A stretch of 63,979 nt of DNA, filler included, from NCBI GenBank assembly GCA_964501035.1. It is 4 parts of 4 records of this genome, joined end to end, with 100 filler letters (N's around TTAATTAATTAA, not from the genome) between each part and the next. Parts side by side here need not be neighbours in the genome. Positions count along the whole stretch, not along the records: positions 20,867 to 41,544 come from CAZCRK010000024.1; positions 41,645 to 61,970 come from CAZCRK010000025.1; 2 more parts are not named here. One strand, written 5' to 3'. The notes below the pieces were generated by a model, which did not search any database, was not told the DNA's origin, and was given only the letters and a program-made list of their open reading frames with translations. Below are positions 39,019 to 48,140 of this stretch, one piece after another; position 1 is the first letter of the stretch, and each line of letters opens with the position of its first letter. Made by a program: the position numbers and the translations under genes.

Positions 39019-41162
39019 TAAAATACCATCTGTAATTCTGCTAAACTTATATTCATTTTATCAATACTACCATCAAAATTTGAATCATACTGCAATTCTC
39101 GATGCTCCAATATTAATTCTAAATTGTATGGAAGTGAAAATCCTATTTTTGCACCGAGCAAGATTGATTCGTCATAATTAGAAAAATCAAATAATGTGGA
39201 TGAATACACTTGAGATGCAAATGCACTAAATTGAGATATTCCTTTTAAAACTTTATCTTGCAATGCAATATTAAAATCGGTGGAATAATATTCATCCGAC
39301 CTTTCAGAAGAGGTCATTTCCTTGAAAAAGGAAAATCCAATATTAACATCAATTATCTTCCTAAAATGATAATTCCAATCTGTCCAAATTCCAATAGTTG
39401 GAAAATTATTTTCGCCTGTTTCTGTAATATCATTTTCATTTAACTCAATAATGGGATAAATATCTTTTGGGAGAAGGTAATACGCATCATTAACTGCATA
39501 ATTACTTAAAAGTTCACCCTGATTGTCAGAGACAATGTTGTCATCATAGGCATTGGCATAACGTATTCGTTCTAGTTCATAATTTGCACTAAAGTATTGG
39601 GGTAAATGAAGAGCAGAATTGATTTGCAATGCAATTTTATAATCATAGTAATTTTTGTAATTTACCCATATTCCTGGCAGAGTAATTCCCCATGTACCTT
39701 CTCTCCACTTATTGTCATCTGTATGATCGGGTTCTAATTGAGCATAATAATGATTCTCAGGTAACCAAATTCCTACTGCTTCTGCAAAAAATGAAACATC
39801 CATTAATGGAGATGAAATCCATTTATATGTTAAATCACATTCAATTGCAGTTAAGTTTCTTTTTAAATGATTGACACTTTCACTAGTTGACCAACTTACA
39901 GAACTTTCAGGTAGTCCAGAAAATTGATTCAAGTCTGACACAATTCCAATTCCTAGAGTTAAAGGAAATCGGTATGAAATAAAAGTTGTTGCTCGCAGAC
40001 CTGAAACACCCCCACCTTTTTGTATTTCCTTTAGACTTGCAGTAAAAGCTTCCAAACTAAACATATTGTTAGGATGATAATATCGAATATATAATCCAGT
40101 ATTTCTATCAAAAGGACTATTTATTTGATTACTATAATTATGAATCAACTGACCATAACCAAAAGTAATTGGTTGTAACTTTCCAATATGGGCAAAAATA
40201 GTTTTGTTAGCTGAGGTGTAATTTAAATAATCAATTCTGTCAATTACATCATAGACATCGGAAAATTCATTCAAATCAATATAGTTTTCATGTGTTAAAT
40301 AGCCATCTATATTTAAAGCAATTCTGATATACTTACTATGATATCGCGGTTTAATATTGACTTTAGAATAATTGTAATTAGACAAAAGCATTCCACCCAT
40401 TGTAAGTGATAATCCTATACCATTATTAACATATTGAAAGGGGTCGTATTTTTCGCCATAAATGGGTATTAAATCGTATTTGCTAATAGGTAAATCTTCA
40501 ACAATTAAATCATCTAGTACTTGCTTATTGAGGTGGGGTGTATATTTTTTATCTAATATATATTTTGGCAAATCCTCATTGTTTTCATTTAAAAGCTCTA
40601 ATGTCCCATCATGAAAAGAATAAATAATGTTATTTTGATTGGCAGTTATTTTTTTGTTCGCAGTTTCGTTAAAAACAATTGCCTTTCCATCTAATATATG
40701 ACATTCGTCATCTCCTAAAAGGTTTGTTGAATACCACATATTTGCTTCTTTACAAAATATTTGACTTGATTCTGAAAAAATATACATTTTTTTAATATTT
40801 CCACTACTATTTTGAAGTAGAAAACTCCCATGATGCACATGGATTGAACGGGTTAAAGATGTTTCGGATAACTTAAATTCTGAAGATTCATCTAAAATGA
40901 TGGATGTATTTTTATCATCATAGGAGATATGTATCGATGAATTTTCATACGTTTGAATTTTATCACCTTCAAATATACTTCTTCCTACAATTATATCAAT
41001 GGGATTTACTTCATCATTTCTAATTACAACTCCATTTCCTGTAAAATGGTAAACTGTAGCAATTTTATCGCCTGCGAATCCTAGTGATACCATTGAAAGT
41101 AAACAAATGATAACATTTAGAAATTGTTTTATGATAATCCTTGATTGAGTAAACGGAAACAT
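39018..41162 (-). CDS. Secreted protein with FecR-like N-domain and probable beta-barrel
   Basis: Signal peptide; GDKIQTYENSSIHISYDD FecR-like pattern; amphipathic strands, terminal Phe. Confidence 0.65.
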   Translation of the reverse strand: MFPFTQSRIIIKQFLNVIICLLSMVSLGFAGDKIATVYHFTGNGVVIRNDEVNPIDIIVGRSIFEGDKIQTYENSSIHISYDDKNTSIILDESSEFKLSETSLTRSIHVHHGSFLLQNSSGNIKKMYIFSESSQIFCKEANMWYSTNLLGDDECHILDGKAIVFNETANKKITANQNNIIYSFHDGTLELLNENNEDLPKYILDKKYTPHLNKQVLDDLIVEDLPISKYDLIPIYGEKYDPFQYVNNGIGLSLTMGGMLLSNYNYSKVNIKPRYHSKYIRIALNIDGYLTHENYIDLNEFSDVYDVIDRIDYLNYTSANKTIFAHIGKLQPITFGYGQLIHNYSNQINSPFDRNTGLYIRYYHPNNMFSLEAFTASLKEIQKGGGVSGLRATTFISYRFPLTLGIGIVSDLNQFSGLPESSVSWSTSESVNHLKRNLTAIECDLTYKWISSPLMDVSFFAEAVGIWLPENHYYAQLEPDHTDDNKWREGTWGITLPGIWVNYKNYYDYKIALQINSALHLPQYFSANYELERIRYANAYDDNIVSDNQGELLSNYAVNDAYYLLPKDIYPIIELNENDITETGENNFPTIGIWTDWNYHFRKIIDVNIGFSFFKEMTSSERSDEYYSTDFNIALQDKVLKGISQFSAFASQVYSSTLFDFSNYDESILLGAKIGFSLPYNLELILEHRELQYDSNFDGSIDKMNISLAELQMVF

Positions 41163-41340
41163 TGCCTAAATATAATATAAGTGACTAAAACCAATTAAGT
41201 ACAAAACAATGAAAATACAAATTTATTTAGTCTTGTTTGCACAATTGGAAACTAAATATGTGGTATAAAATTTTTTGGTGCACCAATGAAATCGATTTTG
41301 AAAAGCAGATGGAGATGTTTGAGAAGTTGCTGTGATAAAC

Positions 41341-41544
41341 ACCAACCAACTTTCACCATAGTTACTCATTGGTTGGTATTATTTTCTTTGCCTTTTACAG
41401 CAGGAATATATCTGGACTAATTTGCTCACTTTTATAAGCCATAACCTATAAAATGCTGGCATCTAATATTAGTATTGGAAATACGGAAACCGATGTTGTT
41501 GTTCGTGTTGTTCGGATTGTTGTTGTTACGATTTGAACAACGCA
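41341..41544 (-). mobile_element. Diversity-generating retroelement template repeat (3' part, about 41480-41544) plus structured downstream spacer; cut by contig end
   Basis: Minus strand CGT TGT TCA AAT CGT AAC AAC AAC AAT CCG AAC AAC ACG AAC AAC AAC ATC GGT TTC CGT = RCSNRNNNNPNNTNNNIGFR; hairpins at 41430-41453 and 41341-41377. Confidence 0.8.
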
Positions 41545-41644
41545 NNNNNNNNNNNNNNNNNNNNNNNNNNNNNNNNNNNNNNNNNNNNTTAATTAATTAA
41601 NNNNNNNNNNNNNNNNNNNNNNNNNNNNNNNNNNNNNNNNNNNN
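41545..41644. other. Artificial contig linker
   Basis: 44 N, TTAATTAATTAA, 44 N. Confidence 0.98.
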
Positions 41645-42012
41645 AGATTTACAAACTTTTCAATTCCATGTTCTTCAACTTCACGTTTAGATTCGAAACC
41701 TAATTCTTTTTCAACTTCAACTTCAACCCAAAGACCTTGACAGTCAAATCCATTTTGATAACGTAAGTCGAACCCTTTCATAGCGTGATACCGTTGGAAA
41801 ATATCTTTTAATGATCTTCCCCAAGCATGGTGAACACCCATTGGGTTATTTGCAGTAATTGGACCATCGACAAATGACCAATGTTTCTTGCCACGGTTTT
41901 TTTCTACTAGAGTATTAAATGTATCATCTTTTTTCCACTTATCAAGAATCTCATGTTCTAATGTAATAAAATCAACCTGATTGTTTACTTTTTTTAACTT
42001 TGTTTTCGACAT
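41645..42012 (-). CDS. ileS: Isoleucyl-tRNA synthetase (type 2), N-terminal fragment
   Basis: [36 protein letters not shown]; truncated at linker. Confidence 0.88.
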
Positions 42013-42113
42013 AACTCCAACTAAATAAAGATAGAAAATTTACATATCGAAACCTGTTGAAAACAACGAGAGAAGATGAAATTTTATCTAGTTATTATAC
42101 TCTTATTCAAACA

Positions 42114-42398
42114 TCACGCACATGCAAAATACTTATGGGCATACAACACCTGACCTGCAGTTAAATAACAAAATTCACCAATGTTATGCATAATATTTTC
42201 AGAATCTTCAAATTCATCGTCAACTAATAGTTTAAACTCTACAACCAATTCTCCTTTTTTAATTCCAACCTGATTGTATTGATATTTACCCACCCCACAT
42301 TGTGTGTTTATTACAATTATCGGAGTTTGGTTACACACTTCTCTCATATAGTAACTATTTTCTTTGGATTCTCTGATTTTAAGTATTTCTTTAGCCAT
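42114..42398 (-). CDS. Hypothetical protein
   Basis: AAGGAAGG RBS before ATG at 42398; 94-aa ORF. Confidence 0.65.
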   Translation of the reverse strand: MAKEILKIRESKENSYYMREVCNQTPIIVINTQCGVGKYQYNQVGIKKGELVVEFKLLVDDEFEDSENIMHNIGEFCYLTAGQVLYAHKYFACA

Positions 42399-42483
42399 TT
42401 TTCCTTCCTTCAATTATTAATTAATCAGAAAATATGACAATTTATTGGATGCTTTTTGTGATGTAAAACAACCAATTTCAATT

Positions 42484-42501
42484 TTGTGATTGGACTCACA
42501 A
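42484..42501. promoter_or_regulatory. CRP/FNR-family or Rex-like operator
   Basis: TTGTGA-TTGGAC-TCACAA, perfect TGTGA-N6-TCACA; a further TTGTGA half-site lies about 30 nt closer to the gene. Confidence 0.6.
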
Positions 42502-42521
42502 AGTATTTTAATTTGGACCTT

Positions 42522-42556
42522 ACACAAAGAACATAGAGTTACTATGCTCTTTGTGT
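42522..42556 (-). terminator. Hairpin downstream of HMA gene
   Basis: Minus strand ACACAAAGAGCATAG-TAACT-CTATGTTCTTTGTGT, 15-bp stem; no clear U-tract after it. Confidence 0.55.
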
Positions 42557-42578
42557 GTTGTTAATATTTTAAAGGATT

Positions 42579-43016
42579 CTATCCTCTATCTTTTGGTAAT
42601 TTGCAACATCCATGCAATTTACTATATGCTGTTTTGTCTGCAGGTAAATCATTTGCTTGATACCCTACATTTGATATTGTTTTTTCAATATCCTGTATTG
42701 ATACTTTGGATTTATCATAATCTATATGAATGACTAAATCATCAATGCTTACAGCAAATTTTTCAATCCCATTTAACTTTTCTAAAGCAGATGACATTGT
42801 CATATCACACATTCCACATTGCGCTGTTGGTATTTTTACCATAGTATGGGTTGAATGCTCAGAAGCATCTGCAACTTGAACCCATTCCATTTCAGCATTT
42901 GCCATATGATTATGGTTTTCTGAGTGATGGTCATCCATTTTATGACCTGCTTTTTCACTAATTGAACAACCAATTACCATGCTCACAACTATTATTATTC
43001 CAACTATATTTTTCAT
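42579..43016 (-). CDS. Heavy-metal-associated (HMA) domain lipoprotein
   Basis: Lipobox VIG-C, His/Met-rich linker, QCGMC, C-terminal YSKLHGCC. Confidence 0.85.
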   Translation of the reverse strand: MKNIVGIIIVVSMVIGCSISEKAGHKMDDHHSENHNHMANAEMEWVQVADASEHSTHTMVKIPTAQCGMCDMTMSSALEKLNGIEKFAVSIDDLVIHIDYDKSKVSIQDIEKTISNVGYQANDLPADKTAYSKLHGCCKLPKDRG

Positions 43017-43089
43017 TATTATTCCTAATTATTAAACAATTTACTCGAATTACACCGTGTTATTCGAAACTTGCAAAAAGCAATATTGT

Positions 43090-43449
43090 TTAAATCAATA
43101 AGGGTAGATTGGTATTATTTGAGGGAGGTTTTTGTTTAAGCTTTTGATAATTAAACTGTTTTGATGAGTAATTTGGAACAATGATTACATCAATTTCAGA
43201 TTCAGTTAATGGTAAATTATTTTCAATAGTTTTAACCAAAACAAAATTATCATGGTTTATTGTATCAATGTAAGTTGTATCGCATGTAACTTTTGATGAA
43301 CACTTACAGGAGTTTGGTTTTTTAGTATTACAACAAGATGTTTTCTCAATTTCAATTTTGCAACATTTTGCAGGAGCACAAGCTAAAACTACTTGAGTTC
43401 CCGCACTAAATGTCAAACAGATTGATAATATAAGATTTATTAATTTCAT
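43090..43449 (-). CDS. Small Cys-rich hypothetical protein, possible metal-responsive leader
   Basis: Signal-like N-terminus, two CC pairs, CxC, C-terminal KPPS..NLPLLI; upstream of HMA gene. Confidence 0.6.
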   Translation of the reverse strand: MKLINLILSICLTFSAGTQVVLACAPAKCCKIEIEKTSCCNTKKPNSCKCSSKVTCDTTYIDTINHDNFVLVKTIENNLPLTESEIDVIIVPNYSSKQFNYQKLKQKPPSNNTNLPLLI

Positions 43450-43455
43450 CCTAAC

Positions 43456-43905
43456 TTATACAATAACACCTTGTTCTTTTAAAAAGTTCCGTTTTCTTAC
43501 AGTTTCTTTGGCTAAATCTTCAAGATTCTCATAACTGAGCATACTTCGAATATTTTCTTTTATCACTTTCCATTGGTCATGTAATGGGCAAGGAACAGAG
43601 TCTGAACAAACGTCTAAACCAATAACGCACATTTCTTCTTCGGGTGGAGGCCCTTCAATAGCATAAACAACGTCTATAATTCTAATATCTCTAGCAGGTT
43701 TATTGAGTTTTAAACCACCAGTACGTCCTCGAGTTGACTTAACTAAATGATGTTTCGTTAAAGATTGAACAAGTTTAGCCAAAAAGTGTCTTGGAATATC
43801 ATAGTCCTCAGCTATTTGACTCACCATTACATTTCCTTTTTCATGATGTTCAGCGAGATAAATCATCGCTTGTATTGCATATTCTGCTGATTTTGAATAT
43901 ATCAT
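43456..43905 (-). CDS. Rrf2-family transcriptional regulator (Fe-S type)
   Basis: YSKSAEYAI, STRGRTGG, C-x6-C-x5-C-x2-H. Confidence 0.92.
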   Translation of the reverse strand: MIYSKSAEYAIQAMIYLAEHHEKGNVMVSQIAEDYDIPRHFLAKLVQSLTKHHLVKSTRGRTGGLKLNKPARDIRIIDVVYAIEGPPPEEEMCVIGLDVCSDSVPCPLHDQWKVIKENIRSMLSYENLEDLAKETVRKRNFLKEQGVIV

Positions 43906-43996
43906 TTTATATTTAATTTCCCCTGAATTATTAGATTAACAAATAAAACGTAAACTACATAATATACGGTAATAATACCTATTAGTGTAAAATGAT

Positions 43997-44548
43997 TTAT
44001 TTTTTCAAATTAATTTTCTTTAAATCATTAATTGTATTTACATTTACAAATTTATGAGATTGATTTGTAATTGGCACAATTGTATGTGGTACACTTTCAA
44101 TAAATTTAGTTAATTTGTAAGACTTGTTTGAAATTGAATTTAAAATTGGTTGTTGTAAACTCGAATGAAAAAATGCACATAATGGGTATAGTTTATCGTC
44201 TAGTTTTGGAACAATCACTCGTGACTTTTCATCATACTCTGATATAAGAAATTTAACGACCTCAATATTTATCAAAGGCATATCTACATTTAGTATAAAA
44301 TTCCATTCTGAATCAGAATGTTTTAAAGCAGTATAAACTCCAACTAAAGGACATTGAATATCTAAAGCATCTTCAACAAAAGGAATTGATGAAAAATATT
44401 TCTTTTTACCAACAACTGAAACCAATTTGAAAATGGGAGCAAAAGTACTAAACAGTTCTTCTGTAAATGTCTGGTTATTAATTTTGGCAAGTGCTTTATC
44501 TGATCCAAACCGGCGACTAAATCCGCCAGTAAGGATATACCCATTCAT
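43997..44548 (-). CDS. mobA: Molybdenum cofactor guanylyltransferase
   Basis: ILTGGFSRRFGSDKA, VDMP, NVNT..D. Confidence 0.88.
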   Translation of the reverse strand: MNGYILTGGFSRRFGSDKALAKINNQTFTEELFSTFAPIFKLVSVVGKKKYFSSIPFVEDALDIQCPLVGVYTALKHSDSEWNFILNVDMPLINIEVVKFLISEYDEKSRVIVPKLDDKLYPLCAFFHSSLQQPILNSISNKSYKLTKFIESVPHTIVPITNQSHKFVNVNTINDLKKINLKK

Positions 44549-44559
44549 GTCTTTTGGGT

Positions 44560-44979
44560 TTAGCAATGATCACAATGTGATGGAATTTTAGTTCCATCTT
44601 CTAAAACAGCATTTTTCCAGATTGGTACGTCCTTTTTCAATTGAGAAATAAACCATCCCATTGCTTCCAATCCATTTACTCGATGTTTTGTCCATATTTG
44701 AACAAGTAACGAAGCTTCTCCAACAGGTATTTCACCAACTCTATGAATACAAAAGAATTCATTAATATCAAACTTTGAAACTGTCAATTCAGCTAATTTT
44801 TGCAATTCTTGTTCGGCCATTCCTTTATAATATTCATAATCAAGTGCTTTTATTTTTTTACCATGTTCAGAATCTCTAACACGGCCATAAAATTGCAATT
44901 CTGCACCATCGTTCAAATGTGTATCATCTGAATGTAACGGTGTAATATACGCATTAGTAATTTTTGTTGTAACTGCCAT
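44560..44979 (-). CDS. moaE: Molybdopterin synthase catalytic subunit
   Basis: GA...FYGRVR, YEYYKGMA, HRVG, LKKDVPIWK. Confidence 0.92.
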   Translation of the reverse strand: MAVTTKITNAYITPLHSDDTHLNDGAELQFYGRVRDSEHGKKIKALDYEYYKGMAEQELQKLAELTVSKFDINEFFCIHRVGEIPVGEASLLVQIWTKHRVNGLEAMGWFISQLKKDVPIWKNAVLEDGTKIPSHCDHC

Positions 44980-44980
44980 T

Positions 44981-45226
44981 TTATCCTCCAGATACCGGTG
45001 GAATTAAAGCTACTTCATCATTATCTTTCAACACATAACTTTCATTCACATATTCTTTATTTACAGCTACCCGGATTGGCAATCCATTGAGTGCTTTATT
45101 GTTTAATGATACAATTTTATCTAACAAATGTTGAACATTTGAATTGTCATCTAAATCCAAACTGATGGTTGATGTGTTTAACGCATAACGAACCAATGAA
45201 AAACACCGTGTTTTTACAGTAATCAT
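44981..45226 (-). CDS. moaD: Molybdopterin synthase sulfur carrier
   Basis: VAVNKEY, DEVALIPPVSGG C-terminus. Confidence 0.93.
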   Translation of the reverse strand: MITVKTRCFSLVRYALNTSTISLDLDDNSNVQHLLDKIVSLNNKALNGLPIRVAVNKEYVNESYVLKDNDEVALIPPVSGG

Positions 45227-46446
45227 ACTAATCTCTCCCAAGGTAAGAGTTGAACTTTCACCTTCTCACCCTTTTTAATATTTCTGTTGCCTGCATTTGC
45301 TTCTAAAATGCAATTTGCACCCAAGCTTGAAGTGAGCATATGTGATCCATGTTTTTTTGAAGGTGAACAGATTAATTTATCATCCTCAATTTTAACATCT
45401 CCAAACAAGAATCTATGTTTCTTTTGTTCAACAGGAAACTCTGAAGCTAATTCTACTTCAATTTTGGGTGAAATAGTAGCATTTTGAAATAATTTTATCG
45501 TTGGATAAACATATTCCATAAAACACATGTAAGATGAAATTGGATTTCCAGGTAAACCAAATATAAGTTTATCCTTTTGTGTTCCAAAAAATAGTGGTTT
45601 CCCAGGTTTTTGTGCAACTTTCCAAAACTGTTCTCTTACTCCTAAGGATTGCATAACGGGTTTGATAAAATCAAATTTGCCCATAGAAATACCACCTGAA
45701 GAAATTAGAATATCTACTTTATCTAAAGCCTCCTCCATAAACAATTCCATAGCTTTTTTGTCATCTTTGACAACCACAGAAAACATAACTTTTCCACCTA
45801 CTTTTTGCACTAATTCTTTTAACACATGGAGATTTGAATTATAAATTTGACCGGGTTGTAAAGTTTCTCCTGGTTCTTTCAATTCATCTCCTAAACCAAA
45901 AATAGCTATTTTAGGTTGTTTGAACACAGAAACTTTCGAAAATCCAAACGTTGCGAACGTACCTATTTCTGATGGTCCAATTTCAGTGCCTTTTCTGATT
46001 AATTCAACACCTTGCTTAATTTCTTCTCCAACTTTTCGAATATTCTGACCAATTTTGGCTGGAGAAAAAAAAGAAACATCTATTTTTTCAAATCCACTTG
46101 TCTGTTCCACCATAACAACGGCATCTGCACCTTTAGGAATTTCAGCCCCTGTCATTATTTGCGTACATTGTCCTCGAGTAATTGATATGTTTGAAACATC
46201 ATCACCTGCAGCAATTGTTGCAACAGATTGCAATAGGATTGGTTTTGTTTCTGACACATTTTTAATATCTTCGCTAATAACAGCAAAACCATCCATCGCT
46301 GAATTGTTAAAAAGAGGTTGATTAAAGGATGCTTTAACGACATCGGCTAAAATTCGTTTATTTGATTGATTGAATGAAACCAATTCAATTATAGGTTCTG
46401 GAATTGAATTTAGAATAATTTTATGAGCTTCATTAACGGAAATCAT
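45223..46446 (-). CDS. moeA: Molybdopterin molybdenumtransferase
   Basis: SAMDGFA, IMTGA, SSGGISMG, KPGKP, GLPGNP. Confidence 0.94.
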   Translation of the reverse strand: MISVNEAHKIILNSIPEPIIELVSFNQSNKRILADVVKASFNQPLFNNSAMDGFAVISEDIKNVSETKPILLQSVATIAAGDDVSNISITRGQCTQIMTGAEIPKGADAVVMVEQTSGFEKIDVSFFSPAKIGQNIRKVGEEIKQGVELIRKGTEIGPSEIGTFATFGFSKVSVFKQPKIAIFGLGDELKEPGETLQPGQIYNSNLHVLKELVQKVGGKVMFSVVVKDDKKAMELFMEEALDKVDILISSGGISMGKFDFIKPVMQSLGVREQFWKVAQKPGKPLFFGTQKDKLIFGLPGNPISSYMCFMEYVYPTIKLFQNATISPKIEVELASEFPVEQKKHRFLFGDVKIEDDKLICSPSKKHGSHMLTSSLGANCILEANAGNRNIKKGEKVKVQLLPWERLV

Positions 46447-47198
46447 AGTAGTACCTTTTTAGATAAAAATATAATTGCAATAATAACAACACTGCCTAAG
46501 ATTTTTTGCATCGTTTTTGGTGTGAACTTGTTCGCACCTAAAAATGAACCCCCAATACCTCCAATTATCACAGCAAAAATTAGTGGTAAAATAGAAGATA
46601 TATCAGGAAAATTTTCTACTCTAGCTAAAATTCCTGAAAATGAATTCAGCCAAATAAACAATGCTCCAGTTGTTGCAGCTTCCTTCTCAGTACCTAATCC
46701 AAAAATAATGATTAATGGAACCAAATAAATTCCACCACCTATTCCAACAGAACCAGCAACAAAACCAAGTATTGAACCTATGCATAATGATAACACAATT
46801 TTACTTCGTTTATCAAGTGATATTTGAACTGTTGGAGAATCAAATATGTATATTCTAATTGCTACAAAAATTAATGTGATTATCAAAATAAAATAGAAAA
46901 CATTTTTGGGTAAGGTAATTGACCCTCCAATGTATGCAAATGGTATAGATGTTATTAAAAATGGAACAATTAATTTTAATTTTCCATGACCCTGCTTGAA
47001 AAAATTTATAGAGCCAATAAATGTAACTACTAAATTCAAGGTTAATGAAATAGATGGGAATACTAAGTAGTTAACTCCTGAAATTGCCATTATTGCAGAA
47101 TAGGATGACCCACCACCCAGGCCAACGCTTGAATATAAAAAAGCGATTACTCCAAAAATACAAGCAAGTAAAATTGGAGATATTAACAAATCATCCAT
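46443..47198 (-). CDS. TSUP (TauE/SafE) family membrane transporter
   Basis: YSSVGLGGGSSY and GSVGIGGGIYLVP internal repeats, about 8 TM segments. Confidence 0.88.
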   Translation of the reverse strand: MDDLLISPILLACIFGVIAFLYSSVGLGGGSSYSAIMAISGVNYLVFPSISLTLNLVVTFIGSINFFKQGHGKLKLIVPFLITSIPFAYIGGSITLPKNVFYFILIITLIFVAIRIYIFDSPTVQISLDKRSKIVLSLCIGSILGFVAGSVGIGGGIYLVPLIIIFGLGTEKEAATTGALFIWLNSFSGILARVENFPDISSILPLIFAVIIGGIGGSFLGANKFTPKTMQKILGSVVIIAIIFLSKKVLL

Positions 47199-48139
47199 TA
47201 GTGTTTCTCACCTTGTTTCATATGGTAGGCATGAAATATTGTTGGAATTAACACACTTAGTGCATCTTTAGCAGCACCTGTACTTCCTGGTAAACAAACA
47301 ACAATTGAATTATTTATCATTCCAACTTTTAATCGAGATAACATGGATGTTTTTATCTTTCCTAACCCGAATGCATGCAACGCTTGTTCTACACCATCTA
47401 ACCGTGCAGTAAACTTTGATGATAATGTTTCAACTGTAACATCTCTTGGACCAATACCTGTACCACCTGATGTAATTATTAACTCAACGTTATTGCCGAC
47501 AAAATTGTCAATAGTATTAATGAGTTTAGCAGGTTCATCTGGAATTATTTCAAAATTGGTAATTTTGCACCCTTCTGCAGCAAATCCTGTCTTCAATATT
47601 TCACCAGATTTATCTATTCCTGATCCTGCAGAAATAGAATCTGATAGAACAATAATTCCAACAGATGGACGGTAATCTGTTTTGTGAGATGATTTTCCAC
47701 CTTGTTTATTTATTAATTTAATAGAACCAATTTCCATGGTATTATCGACAGCTTTGCACATATCATAAATAGTTAATGCTGTTGTTGATACAGCAGTTAG
47801 TGCTTCCATTTCAATACCGGTTGTATCTTTTGCTTTTACAATAGATTGAATGTTAATTTGATTGTCTAATATTTTGAATGTAATATCTGCAAAAGTAATA
47901 TTTAATGGATGACATAACGGAATTAGGTCAGCAGTTCTTTTTGCAGATTGGATTCCTGCAATTTTTGCAGTAGTTAACACATCTCCCTTAGGAATACTTT
48001 TATCTTTCAACATTTTAATGGTACGAGGAGATAATTTAATATAGCCAGTAGCAATCGCTGTTCTAACCGTTGTTAATTTGTCTGTAACATCAACCATTTT
48101 AATATTTCCATTTTCGTCTAAATGTGAAAAACTACTCAT
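47198..48139 (-). CDS. moaC: MoaC-MoaB/MogA fusion
   Basis: SHLD..MVDV, LIPLCHP, GIEMEAL, YDMCKA; then SGGTGIGPRDVT, LPGS. Confidence 0.92.
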   Translation of the reverse strand: MSSFSHLDENGNIKMVDVTDKLTTVRTAIATGYIKLSPRTIKMLKDKSIPKGDVLTTAKIAGIQSAKRTADLIPLCHPLNITFADITFKILDNQINIQSIVKAKDTTGIEMEALTAVSTTALTIYDMCKAVDNTMEIGSIKLINKQGGKSSHKTDYRPSVGIIVLSDSISAGSGIDKSGEILKTGFAAEGCKITNFEIIPDEPAKLINTIDNFVGNNVELIITSGGTGIGPRDVTVETLSSKFTARLDGVEQALHAFGLGKIKTSMLSRLKVGMINNSIVVCLPGSTGAAKDALSVLIPTIFHAYHMKQGEKH

Positions 48140-48140
48140 A

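Noticed and set aside
41258..41335. Short plus-strand ORF MWYKIFWC..FEKLL near the DGR spacer
   Set aside because: 25 codons, no RBS or RT motifs; not evidence of an RT remnant
41490..41530. GTT/AAC run as a microsatellite or CRISPR repeat
   Set aside because: Interruptions keep codon phase and end in IGFR, fitting a DGR template; no repeat-spacer array anywhere in the window
42084..42116. Possible Sec read-through (FACA-TGA-CLNK) at end of the 94-aa gene
   Set aside because: No stable hairpin or GGT loop after the TGA, unlike the two candidates near 6 kb
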